From the human T2T-CHM13v2.0 reference genome, Homo sapiens: a DNA stretch of 64,000 bases. A model generated the notes under the pieces. That model saw nothing but the letters and a program-made list of their open reading frames with translations, was not told the origin of the DNA and made no database searches. The stretch is from NCBI RefSeq assembly GCF_009914755.1, contig NC_060927.1; one strand, written 5' to 3'. Below, piece by piece: positions 32,990 to 49,754 of the stretch; the stretch's first letter is position 1; each line of letters starts with the position of its first letter. Both the position numbers and the translations under genes were made by a program.

Positions 32990-33420
32990 GGATCTCACGA
33001 GCCTCCGCGCGGGCCTCCCGTTTTGCGGCGAGCCGGGCCTCCGCCAGCCTCTGCGCTTCCGCGCTCAAACAGTAGATCTCCCGGCTCTGCGTGGCCGCGG
33101 GGCTGGTCAACCTGCTGGGCTCGGCCCGCTCCACCCGGCGGGAAACGCTCGGGGACCGTGCCGGAGCCCCCCCCCGCGGGCCGGGCCAGGGGGCGCGCGC
33201 TCTGTCCGCGGAGACGGAGCCACTCGCCGCGAAGTGAACGCTCGCGCTTCCGGGGCCAAGAGCCAGCCCGCCGGGGAGCGGCTCGCGGGACTGGGCTCGG
33301 GCGCAGCCGGCAGGGGCGGGGCGTAGGTGGCCGCGGGCTGAGCCTGGCCGGGGGTGGAATGGCGCGGGGGAAGCGGGGCTCGGGCGCCTCCGCCCGCCCC
33401 ATGGCCCGCCCCGCCCCACA
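32990..33420. promoter_or_regulatory. CpG island with GC boxes at the 5' end of the retrocopy
   Basis: Very high GC and CpG density; GGGGCGGGGC ~33313 and CCCGCCCC motifs ~33393-33417. Confidence 0.8.
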
Positions 33421-34123
33421 CTTGCAATTTTTTTACATTACTATGGTGTGAAAGCAATATGAATTCAGTAGAAACTGTACCTCAAATTTTGAATTTGCAT
33501 TATTTCCTGGGCTAGCGATATGCAGTACCCTACTCTCTTGAGATGCTGGGCAGTGGCAGCCAGCCATAGTTCCCAGTCTGCCACACAATCATGAGGGTAA
33601 ATAGCTAATACTCTGAAGTTTTCAACTTACAGTATTTTCCACTTATGATGGATTTGTCAGGATGTAATCCCACTGTAAATGGAGAACTATCTATATGCAT
33701 GTTTTTACAAAAGATACATCTAAAACACAGATACAAAAAGGGTGAAATTTATAGGCAAAATGTAACAAAAAGCAAACATGAATGTTAAAAATTAAAAAGC
33801 TTTATTAGAAATTTAAAAATAAGTGTTTTAACACTGATTAAAGGCTCAATTCACACGGAAAATGTAACAATGCTAATTTGTAGGTACCTGATAGCATTGT
33901 TTCACTGATTAAACTACAAGAAGAAATAGACAAAATCCACTATCAGATTATGATGTATTTTTATACACTCCCCCAGTAATTTAGATAGCTTGACCTGAAC
34001 AAACCAGTAGGGTAATAGATTTAAGTAAAGCAATTAACAAGTTTTATCTAAATGATAAATATAGAATACTCACTTCTACAGAATATATATTATTCTCAAG
34101 CATGTATGGAACATTTATGAAAC

Positions 34124-35380
34124 TGTGTCCGGAATTGGTGGGTTCTTGGTCTCACCGACTTCAAGAATGAAGCCGCGGACCTTCGCAGTGAGTGTTATAG
34201 CTCTTAAGGCGGCGCCTCTGGAGTTGTTCATTCCTCCCGATGGGTTCGTGGTCTCCCTGGCTTCAGGAGTGAAGCTGCAGACCTTCGCAGTGAGTGTTAC
34301 AGCTCATAAAGGCAGCGTGGACCCAAAGAACGAGCAGTACCAAGATTTATTGCAAAGAGCAAAGGAACAAATCCTCCACAGCGTGGAAAGGGACCTGAGC
34401 AGGTTGCCACTGCTGGCTGGGGCAGCCTACTTTTATTCTCTTATCTGGCCCCACCCACATCCTGCTGATTGGTCCATTTTACAGAGAGCCGATTGGTCCA
34501 TTTTACAGAGAGCTAATTGGCCCATTTTGACAGGGTGCTGATTGGTGCGTTTACAATCCCTGAGCTAGACACAAAGGTTCTCCACATCCCCACTAGATTA
34601 GCTAGATACAGAGTGTGGACACAAACGTTTTCCAAGTCCCCACCAGAGTAGCTAGATACAGTGTCGATTGGTGCATTCACAAACCCTGAGCTAGATACAG
34701 GGTGCTGATTGGTGTGTTTATAAACCTTGAGCTAGATACACAGTACCAATTGGTGTATTTACAATCTCTTAGCTAAACATAAACGTTCTCCAAGTCCCCA
34801 CCAGACTCAGGAGCCCAGCTGGCTTCACCCAGTGGATCCCGCACCGGGGCCACAGGTGGAGCTGCCTGCCAGTCCTGTGCGTGTGCCCGCACTCCTCAGA
34901 CCTTGAGTGGTGGATGGGACTGGGTGCCGTGGAGCAGGGGGCAGCGCTCATCAGGGAGGCTCGGGCGGCACAGGAGCCCACGGAGGCGGGGGGAGGCTCA
35001 GGTATGGCGGGCTGCAGGTCCCAAGCCCTGCCCCGCGGGGAGGCACCTAAGGCCCTGTGAGAAATTGAGCACAGCAGCTGCTGGCCCAGGTGCTAAGCCC
35101 CTCACTGTCCGTGGCTTGTAGGCCGGTCGGCCACTCGGAGTGCTGGCCCGCTGAGTCCACGCCCACCTGGAACTCGGACTGGCCCGCAAGCTCCGCGCAC
35201 AGCCCGGGTTCCCGCCCGCGCCTCTCCCTCCCCACCTCCCTGCAAGCTGAGGGAGCCGGCTCTAGCCTTGGCCAGCCCAGAAAGGGGCTCCTCAGGCGCG
35301 GCCAGAGTGGGCGCCAAGGCCGAGGAGGCGCGGAGAGCGAGCGAGGGCTGCAAGGGCTGCCAGCACGTTGTCACCTCTCA
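34124..35380 (-). mobile_element. Solo LTR12 (ERV9; LTR12C-like) LTR
   Basis: - strand starts TGAGAGGTGACAACGTGCTGGCAG and ends CCAATTCCGGACACA; tandem CCAAT (ATTGG) U3 repeats 34468-34753; flanks AAAC/AGAC. Confidence 0.93.
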
Positions 35381-35471
35381 AGACCTGACTACAAACTTAG
35401 CCACAAAGAATTCCTCAACAAATGTCAAATGATTCATGAAAGTAATATATTTTTATATGCTCATTGTATGA

Positions 35472-35952
<481 letters not shown>

Positions 35953-37176
35953 TAAACAGAATGAGATCACATTAGATATGATTTGAGATTTTTTTGTTAA
36001 TCTTATCTTTTTCACTTAACATAATAAGCACTTTCCCATGTCATTAACAATTCTTTGTAATCCTATTGGCTACATAATGTTCCATCAATTAGATATGCCA
36101 TATTTCCTTAACCATTTCCTTATTATTGAATATTATTAGGTTGTTTCCAGTTTTCTCAGACCATAAACAGCCTTGTAATTAACTTTGTTGTATTTACAAG
36201 CATCTTTCATCCAAGGACCTCAAAGCACTTAAGTATGATCTAGTTTGCTTTCTAGTCAGGAAGATGGATAAAAAGCATATTGATTCCTTTTTCTGCCAGT
36301 AATACATGTCCGCTTCTAACCAGTGTATTACCTTGAGCTGTTTTATTCATAATCAAGGCAATATCCACCACCTTCTATTCTCTTCACTGCAGATAGGACT
36401 GACTTTCCCACCCAGCCCAAGTACGACACATGGCTACAGGCAGCTTCTGGCTTAGCCTGAGGCAAACTCAATTACAAACAGCCTGAACACACTCACCTGG
36501 GTGTGATCCCCACAGAAGCCAGCAGCCTCTCCCTCCAGCACTGAAACTTTTGCAAGAAGTATTCCTTAGAAACATGCTGTGGCTCATCAAAACTTCATAA
36601 TTCATCTGACATTCATTTCACGGGTGTATGTGAAATGAATGTCTAAACATGAAGTACACTATATTAATATTTCCCTGTAATTCGTTTTGGTTACAGAGGA
36701 GACCCTTGGTAATTATTTTTACTCTTCTATTTTTTAATTACAACATTATTTAACAACTTATTTTGAAACAGCAAATAAGGTTAAGTCAACATAGTTCATC
36801 AAGTTCAGCAAGAGGAAATAGCAATAATTCAGTTGTGCATTTCAGAAATGAAAATGGGATACAGTAGTTTGCTTTGATGACAACACAACTGCCTTTATAT
36901 CTAGTTAATTGTGTGACGTATGGGACACTAAAACTTGTTTGCTTGCATGTTTGTCATTTGATCTTTTGCCATAAAGTAATTCATTTTAATTGTCTGTTCA
37001 CAAAAAAATTGGTTCATGTCTAGCGAGAAGAACACCTTTCTTTCCTCTGTAGTCTGTCTGGTCCTTCTTCCCTGAACCCCCATCTTATCCAAACTCCTGT
37101 ATCTCACTCTCCTCATGCTCCCTCTCAAATACCCCTGAGTGCAGTTAAGTGATAATGGAAGTGAGTAACATGATGA

Positions 37177-37593
<417 letters not shown>

Positions 37594-37981
37594 ACAAAAG
37601 GTTTTAGTATCCCATTTGTCCAACACCCTCAGGCATCACTCTTCTCTCCATTTTGGTTCCCACATTGACTGCCCCATGCCCCAACCCTAGGGCAGGCAAA
37701 AGGGGTGCAGGTCACTAGAGGCTTTCAGCTTCTTTGCTTTTCATTTCCCTGGGGAGAAAACGGGTCCTGAAAATAATCTCTCACTTCCCCCTTTAAGGAG
37801 AAGAGTAGGGTGGGTAATAACAATAGCTAAAAGGCTAGAGTTTAGGGAGGTGTAGAGCGTATACCCGGTATAACAGTATAGTTTAGAGAGGATGTGGTAT
37901 ACTGTGCTGAGACACGCAGGGGCTCTTACTATCTGCATTTCACAGATAAGGAGATGAGGCAAACAGAGAAGTTAAGTGACT

Positions 37982-38141
37982 TGCCCAGTCATATGGCTGA
38001 TTAAGTGGTGAGCTGGGTTTGAATCCAAGGGCTGTGACTCCAGGGCTTCACCAATGGGACCTGCCCAGTCATATGGCTGATTAAGTGGTGAGCTGGGTTT
38101 GAATCCAAGGGCTGTGACTCCAGGGCTTCACCAATGGGACC
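37982..38141. repeat. Perfect 80-bp tandem duplication within a MIR
   Basis: 37982-38061 identical to 38062-38141; MIR core at 37930-37990. Confidence 0.95.
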
Positions 38142-38459
38142 AAATGCTGGTCTAATTTCTTCATTCCTCATTCAACCAACAGATCATTCTTGAGCACCAA
38201 CTATGGGCTGGGCTATGATCAGTGCTGGGGAGCTACAGGTGAGTTTAAAAGGTCTCCAGTCTCCAAGAACTGGCAACCTAGAGGATAGAGCCAACAGGAA
38301 AGGCTGCAGCCCCGTGATGTGAGTGCTACTGGGGAAGCCTGCTGGGTACCCTGGGAGGCATGGCAAGTGGGCATCCTCAGAGAAAAAGGAAACACTCACT
38401 CCCCAAGCTCGAGATGTCCCCTCTTCTTGCAACTGCTTGTTCAGCCAGATTCCCACTAC

Positions 38460-39020
38460 CGGCAGAGCTTCCGGAAGTGACTTACCTCCCCTGGCGCCTC
38501 CGGCTGCCCTGAAGTGTGATTTGCACGGGGATGCTGAAGGGCTGCATGAGGCCAGGGGTCTGAGAAAATGGCTCCCTTTCACCTGAGTCATGCCCCTGCG
38601 GGCGCAAGAAAGGTGAAGCTTAGACATCCACGGAAGTGGAGTCCCAGCGGGAGCCCCCAGCCCCCAGCGCAGCTGCAGCCATTAGAAGCCCCCCGCCTTC
38701 CTGGAGAGGTGAGAACTTCAGGCAGGCTAGCCACGTGGTTCTGCAGACTCCTGGCAAGGCGGAGCGGTCAGTTCTAGATGATCAAGAAGGACCTGCGTGG
38801 TTTGCTGCAGCCGAAGCTGCTTCTCTCTCTTTGCACTGTGCTTGCCGCCACCTCATCACCTGTGTTTCCGCCTCGGCAGCCGGGAGCATCGCCATAGAGA
38901 CCTCAACGCTTGTGGAAAGTTCTGAGGCCCAAGGGGACCCTCTATAATTGGTGAGGGACGTACTCAGTTCAAGGTTTATAAGAAGAGGAAATGTTTTGCC
39001 CTGGCCGCGTTTCCTTTTCC
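38460..39020 (-). promoter_or_regulatory. Likely KCNMB3 beta3a promoter/5' UTR region
   Basis: GC/CpG-enriched; ETS motifs CCGGAAGT 38471 and CGGAAGT 38631; AP-1 TGAGTCA 38584; TATAAA (-) 38975-38980. Confidence 0.55.
38486..38547 (-). CDS. KCNMB3: KCNMB3 beta3a first coding exon (MQPFSIPVQITLQGSRRRQGR)
   Basis: ATG 38545-38547; GAG|GTAAGT donor 38484-38485; phase 2; total 834 nt = 277 aa. Confidence 0.9.
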
Positions 39021-39497
39021 ACGTATTGTCTGTTAGAGTGCAAGCTGAAATAATGGGTTTTCTAGTTAATGGCATGTTCCAATTAAGATAATTCGCTTTT
39101 AAACCATATGTGATTTCCCAATTTTTCAAGATACAAAGGGCCATAAAATAACTCGCCATTAAAATTATCTCAAATTTTAAGAAAAGCTGTATCAAATATT
39201 ATTTTATCTTTCTCTGATGACTTAAAAGACATTTGGGGATCTTTCCACACTCCCAAATTAGGAACATCAATTACCATTATATTATAGTACCACACATTGC
39301 TACAGGCACCTGTAGATGTGGATGACAGAATGCCAAAGAGACCATGTTTGCTGTATGTTTTTCAGTCAAGGCGATATTATCTTAACATTTTCCAAGATGG
39401 TGTGGGCAAGAATGTAAGCGTAATCTCATCTATAAATATCCATGTACATATAGCTATATAAACTCTTACTTGCAGTCATTTTAATATTGCTTAATAA

Positions 39498-39856
<359 letters not shown>

Positions 39857-41765
39857 GAAGTATTTTAGTGAACAGATGCAATTTGGAATAAAAAATAATG
39901 ATAACAACTGGAATTTCTTCTTTCTGCCTCCTTCTTCCAACTTAACCTTGTATATATGGATAGCTTTTCCTTTTCAGACTTATTTGTGCTAATAAATTTC
40001 CCCTGCAACTTGGTAACTCTCTTCGAAGAAGTGTGTGATTTGCTGCTGCTTTTATGTATTTGATTCAACCTCAGAAATATGATCATTTTTTAGTCCATGA
40101 GGATCTTGTCACACAAAACTTGCACCTGCCTTTACCAGAGCCTCCTGGTCATTCTTATCTTATGATTCCGGTTCCATTTAAAAGAAAATACTCATGGACA
40201 ATAAGTGAGAAGGAGCAACATAGCTTTTTGCCCTCTGAACTTTTTCCCTAACGCCCCTTCACTTGATAACCAACTGGCCTCTCTGTCCACCAAGTACCAC
40301 ACTCACTCCACTCTTGGCCTGAAAGCCAAGCCCCCTACACACACACACTCCATTCAGGACTCACAGCCTATCTCTCAAGAAGAACCTAAAGTGGTCGGTG
40401 TGAGTTGCAATCCCAATGTGTGCATTCAGGAACACAGCAAGGCTAAGCCACTTAGAATGCAGTGATAAGAGATGCCAGGCACTGTACCTCTGGTCTCCTG
40501 GACCCTCCCTCAGCTTATTCCTTCCTCTGAGTCACTAAAGGTCACTTCCTGCTCCATAAAACAGCAACCATGAATTAACTGTCAAGTTCACAACGTGGGC
40601 CCCCTCCCAATCTGACCCAGAGGCTTTGACACTGGGTTCAAATTCTAGCTTTGTAACTGCAAGGAACCCTTTAAAAACTTCCTGCCCTGCTTTTCCAGAG
40701 TAAAAAGGGAGTAAATAAAAACTCAGTGTGAGTTGCAGGAGCATGGAAAAACTTAGTGTCTACAAACTGTTGTGAGATCTATATATGAAAGAGGCTATTA
40801 CTGCAAAGTGCTAGCATCGTGGATTCCAGATTCCAGAGTCCACAATCATTTCTTTTGCATTTAGTAGATGCTTTACTTAGGGGAAAAAAAAGAACCCTCT
40901 TTGCCTTTCACCATACTGGAGAAACTACTTCCTCATTGTTTTTCACATTCTCTCAATTAAATATACAATACCTATTATGGCTAAGAATTATTTTGTAGCT
41001 GAAATTCTCCATGTTCATGAAAACTATGTCTGTGTTTTCCAATTTAGAGATGCACAAATCATTGACAACAACCTAAAATTTACACAACAGCCTATGTTCT
41101 TTGCGTGACTATCTATATTTGTTCGTAGGAGAATAAGTAAACCCCTAACTGGACAGTTATTCCAATATGGAGAATTTTTGCTGATGTGAGCAAGAATTCA
41201 AACTGTCAAAAGTAAAGTCACATCTGATCTTACATTCTCTTTGCAGGAAAACAAACAACAAGGAAGTATGATCTGTGCCACAAACTTCTGGAGCCTTCGA
41301 TGGGATCTTTCCTTTCCTTTACCCTGATTATTATCTCCAGCCATCTTGCTAATCAAATGGGCACCTGACTGCCTGAACTAGGCTCACATCAGAGAAACCA
41401 GCGTCACCTCTGTGCAGATGCTTTTCCTGCTCTGAGTGATAATACTAGTGGCTACTATTTATGAGCTAGTTACAGTTCTAAGTCTATACAAATGTTAATT
41501 CACTTTTTGGGCTTTTTCAAGAGCAGAGAGCTACACTGACTTACACAAGCTCACAAGAGCCAGAGAACTTGGCCTATCCTGGCATACAAACAACTCGATG
41601 GATAGTGAGGCAGAAACTAATAGAAATAATAGCTGAAATTCTTTGACAGTTCAACAGCCCTCAATACTTTGTCTTGTTTGAAATCCACTGTGATCAAGTC
41701 TTTACCAGGTGGCACTTGCTACAGATACATTTCATATTTTAAGTTGAGGTAATTGTTCTACTACA

Positions 41766-41938
41766 TGAGTGGTTCTTGAACTCAGGTGTGATCCTCTGTT
41801 AAATACAGATTCCCAGGTCCCATCTCTAGAGATTCTGATAAAACAATTAGGGTAAAGGACCCAAGAACTTGCATTTTAAAAAGCCCTTCATATGATCCTA
41901 ACACAGGTGACCCTACATTTATACTTTGGGAGACATCA
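41766..41938. mobile_element. MER5-like hAT MITE
   Basis: GTGGTTCTTGAAC...CAGATTCCCAGGTCCCATCTCTAGAGATTCTGA...TGCATTTTAA. Confidence 0.55.
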
Positions 41939-42099
41939 GCTCACATTATACAGTAAATAGACCTTGGAGGCCTGGGCTTAGGAACCTAAGCACCATTTCT
42001 AGTCTCAGGTTATGCTGCCTCCTTGGAACTCAGCTTATTTCTCTGTGCAATGTGGGAGTTAGAGCAGATGATTTAATGTGCTTTTAAGATCTGCCTTTA

Positions 42100-42410
42100 A
42101 GCCGGGTGTGGTGGCTCACCACCGTAATCCCAGCACTTTAGGAGGCTGACGCAGGTAGATCTCCTGAAGTCAGGAGTTCGAGACCAGCCTTACCAACATG
42201 GTGAAACCCATCTCTACTAAAACTACAAAATTAGCTGGCCATAGTGGCGCATGCCTGTCATCCCAGATACTTGGGAGGCTGACGCAGGAGAATCACTTGA
42301 ACCCAGGAGGCAGAGATTGCAGTGAGCCACGATCAGATCGTGCCATTGCACTCCAGCCTGGGCAACGAGAGCGAAACTCCATCTCAAGAAAGCAAAACAA
42401 AACAAAAAAA
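42100..42410 (+). mobile_element. Alu (AluS-like)
   Basis: Dimeric Alu; TSD AAGATCTGCCTTT. Confidence 0.92.
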
Positions 42411-43121
42411 GATCTGCCTTTGAGATCCAATAAAGTGTATGAAACCGTAAGTTTGCTTGCAGGAAGCAGGTATCTTCTCTCCTGGAGTGACAATAATGCA
42501 AGGATTCCCCCATCAGCTGCTGAGAGGCAGCGCTCACCCAGAAAGAAGAGAATTCAACAACTGCATGCCCAACCCAACTTTCCCTAGACACATAATGATA
42601 ACTTGGGTGCCCTGAGTAACCATGTGCCAGGGATTGTGCTCAGTGCTATGAGAACATAATGTCCTTCAGACACAGAACTTGAGGAGGTAGGAACTTTTTG
42701 CGCATTCAGCAGATGAGGACACAGAAGACCAGAGAGTCCGAGGAACTTGTGCAAAAATCACAAAGTAACAAGGGCTAGGTCCGGGGCTCCAGAACAGATC
42801 ACATCCAAAAGTCCATGCTTCTACTGACAATATTCGGCCTCCTCGCTCAGGAGGAGCTTGGGCTTATTCTTTTAAGTGTCTTATTCTCAAGGCTTGAAGG
42901 AGCCTTAGCCCTTTGCGCCAGGAATGTTGCTGGCCAAGTTGTTATACAGACAGGATGTTCATAGCTTTTTATAAGTCTGCATGTCTTGATCACTTTTAGA
43001 TAAATTCTATTCCGGATCTGATGAAGCCCCCATTCTTGGCAAGTGATATCTGATCATGAATTTTGATGCATTCCTAAATGTTATAGAATAACCCCTATTA
43101 ATAAGAACACAAATAACCTGA

Positions 43122-43523
<402 letters not shown>

Positions 43524-43554
43524 CCAGTGCTTAATTTTTAAAAATAAAATCCCA

Positions 43555-43970
<416 letters not shown>

Positions 43971-44389
43971 TTAGCTCCTGCTGAGCTTGAAATTTTAGCT
44001 CCATGAAGGCCTGAATCTGTGTCTTTTATTTATAACTGTATCACCAGCTCCTGGAATAGTGCTTGGCATGGATGCTCAGTAAATAGCTCCTGGATGATTG
44101 AATAAGCTGGACACTACTGCAAAAACTATTCTGTATTCACCACTAAAGGCAGCAACTTCCAACAAATTGGGGTAGGCTTGAAAGATTAAACCATTAGGCT
44201 ATCCCTGTATAGCTCTTCTATTTATGTCTATAGTCTCTCCACATTGTGAATTAAAATTCAAAATGATGGCTGTGAGGATCTGCAAGATTCCTGCTCACTC
44301 TATTCTACAAGCATTTAATGAGCCTCTCATAGTGTAGAGTTCAATTTGACTCAAATATTCCACTTTAGTGGAATATTTAGTGGCGCCTC

Positions 44390-45784
<1,395 letters not shown>

Positions 45785-46126
45785 CTACTGTTCTCCTTGC
45801 TAAGAAAGCGGACAATTATGGTTTAGGATTTTTTTTCTAAGCTTGACTGAACATATTGTATTCCTTTCCTGACCCAAATGGGACATGTCTACTCAAGTGG
45901 ATCTATACTCCCATCTCAGTTGGTTCATTTGGGGGAGGTTTCAACATGCTTGTGCAGAGAAACGCAAACAATTCCTGCCTTGAAAACATCCAGCCTTCTC
46001 TATATGTCTAAGTTTATATATAAGAATATGTAAGCTGTCCTTTTCTTCCTCATCACCCCACCATCCTGTACCATTTTTAGGAAAGATCATTGACAGAGAG
46101 AGAGAGAGAAAGATTTTTCTAGTACT

Positions 46127-46692
46127 ATATGTTTTTTATTTCTTCTAAAAAAAAAAAAACAAACAGGATACATGTACAGAACATGCAGGTTTGTTACATA
46201 GGTATACGTGTGCCATGGTGGTTTGCTGCACCTACTGACCCATCCTCTAAGTTCCCACCCCTCACCCCTCATCCCCCACCCCGCAACAGGCCCTGGTGTG
46301 TGTTGTTCCACTCTCTGTGTCCATGTGTTCTCATTGTTCAACTCCCACTTATAAGTGAGAACATGCGGTATTTGGTTTTCTGTTCCTGTGTTAGTTTGCT
46401 GAGGATGATGGCTTCCAGCTTCATCCATGTCCCTGCAAAGGACATGATCTCATTCTTTTTTATGGCTGCATAGTATTCCATGGTGTATATGTGCCACATT
46501 TTTTTATCCAGTCTATCATTGATGGGCATTTGGGTTGGTTCCATGTCTTTGCTATTGTAAATAGTGCTGCAATAAATATATGTACACATGTGTCTTTATA
46601 GTGGAGTGATTTATAATCCTTTGGGTATATAACCAGTAATGAGATTGCTTGGTCAAATGGTATTTCTGGTTCTAGATCCTTGAAGAATCACA
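46127..46692 (-). mobile_element. 5'-truncated L1PA 3' end
   Basis: ORF 46338..46589 resembles the ORF2 C-terminus (TMEYYAAIKKNEIMSFAGTWMKLE); L1 3' UTR. Confidence 0.92.
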
Positions 46693-47283
46693 GGGCATAT
46701 AATATTATACTATGTTACAATGAGGAATCTGGGGGACTGAGAAACTTTCCCAAGTCCCACAGCTCATGAGTGGAGTCGTCAGGGTTTAGACAGCCTGCCT
46801 TGCAGCTGCCAATCAACAGACAGCTTACAGTCTTTGGCCTCTGCTCACCCCCTTTCCTGACTCCTTAACCATTGTGATCTAACTTCTCCATCTCATCACT
46901 GGAAAGTTGCTTTCTTTAAGGTTATTAACCCCTCAAGCATCAAATCTATTCTAGCACCTATTATCTTTAATAGAAAATTTTAATTACTTGTTTCACATTA
47001 TTTTGTTTTTAATTCACTAATTAACTATACCTGTGGTTCTCAATCTTGGCTGTATCTAGATCATCTATGGAGACTCTTAAATTTACACGTTTATTTTAAA
47101 TAGGTAATATTTAACCATGGTTCACCACTTTACAGTGAAGAGTCCTCCTCCCATCCCTGTTGCTCAGCTACCCAATAACCCTCCACAGAGACAACGGTAT
47201 TACCAGTTTTTCATATATCTGGACCTTGTAAAAAATACAGACTATTCTCCAAGAGACTTAAAGTTATTTAATAGGCCAGTATT

Positions 47284-47864
<581 letters not shown>

Positions 47865-49259
47865 TCAAACTTTTATTAGAGGCTCTCAATATGTTCTAAC
47901 TGGCCTTCTTATACTTTCCCTCCTATCCTTGCCAGCTTTCTTCTGACACCAGCCTTCCTTCCTTCCCTCTCCATTCTTGTCCTACATCTCTATCTCCAGG
48001 ATGAAGCATATGACTCAGGCGTAGCCTATCAGAGCAGCACATCCCCTTACCCTCATTTGTGATTCAAGGCGGGGCATGTGAATGAATATAGAGCCAATGA
48101 GCCATTAAGGAACGTTTTTTGGGGTTGTTGGAAGAGAGACAAGCTTTCTTTTTCCACAGGACTAGAAACTGAGATTAAAGCTCTGAATACCTGGGACCTT
48201 CTCATGGTAGCAAAGAATGAAACCAACATGATAGAAGGTAGATTCAAAAGCTGAACAGAAATGAAATTCTGACCATATTGCTTGAGATCCTAGATGAAAC
48301 TGTACCTAAATCAGGCTAATCAAACTACTTGATACTATTTTATTTACGGGAGCTAGAAATTCCGGGGTTTTTTGGTTTTTTTTTGTTTTGTTTTGTTTTG
48401 TTTTTGGTTTGTTTTTTTTTTTTTTTTTTTTTTTTTTGCTATAAAGACGTCTTTTTGGTGACTTTTAACAAATGGGTTCTAATTGATTCAGCTGAAATAC
48501 CAGCAGAGCTGGAGTGAGGTGAGGGAGGACATTACAGTATGTAATCTGAAGCATGTGCCCTAAAAATTCTTATTATATTTGTTTCCCTGCAATCTCACAT
48601 AGTAAGTACCCTTGGTACTCCCAATTTCTCTTCTCTCTCTTCCCTACTGACCTCGACAAAATAGTTCAGCCTTCCATCTCTGAATGGCTCCTCTCCAGTT
48701 GACCAATGCCTTTTCTTGTGTAATTCTGTTTAAATCCCCTGCTTCTTCCAAACCTTATGTTTATCTGTTAAACCAGTCAGCACGATAAGGTGTGCTAGGC
48801 TTAGCACTGCAAAGACGGGATCTTCCTTAGATAGCATTGGTTGGTAAAAGGCTAGAAACATGGAGATTTTCTTATTTGTATCCCCACCACATGCAGTTTC
48901 AGTAAATTCTAATTGGAACTACATTGTATGAGCATCAGAAAAGTTTTTGCCAGACCAGAGAGTACACAGGCAGCAGGCCTCTGGATTATCCTCGACACAT
49001 TCAGCACATAAGCCTCGCAGACTGGCCACTGCTCCAGGCCCACTAGGTCATTCAGAGAGTACAAGATCCATGCCCCACAGTCGCTGACTATCTTTCATAA
49101 ACATTAAGTCAAATCATAAATATTATTAAATACCCACTCTATGCAGGGTAGTGGGCAATGCCTCCTTTTATACAATATCATTTTATTTTTATTAACTTTG
49201 TCATTTTTGTAGTCGGCTGCATCATCAAATCATTTATAAAATTTAAAATATTTTTATTC

Positions 49260-49566
<307 letters not shown>

Positions 49567-49754
49567 TCAAAAGAATACAGAGCAGCATGTATTATTTTAA
49601 TTGGTGGCATGGCCCATGAGTGCCAGAAGACAGTGAAGGAGAGACAGGACAGAAATAAGCTTCCTGAAGCTGGAAAGACCCAGACAGTTCCAGAAGAAAA
49701 GGCAATATCTGGTAGAATGAGAGGAAGGCAGATATTTTGAAAGACCATTTGCAA

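Noticed and set aside
32995-33457. Several overlapping 116-142 aa ORFs on both strands
   Set aside because: Expected from stop-codon scarcity in a very GC-rich island; low-complexity Pro/Arg/Gly/Ala translations.
34460-34760. Repeat-spacer-like array (GATTGG...TTTACA / GAGCTAGATACA)
   Set aside because: These are the known U3 tandem repeats of LTR12; not CRISPR-like (no unique spacers, human DNA).
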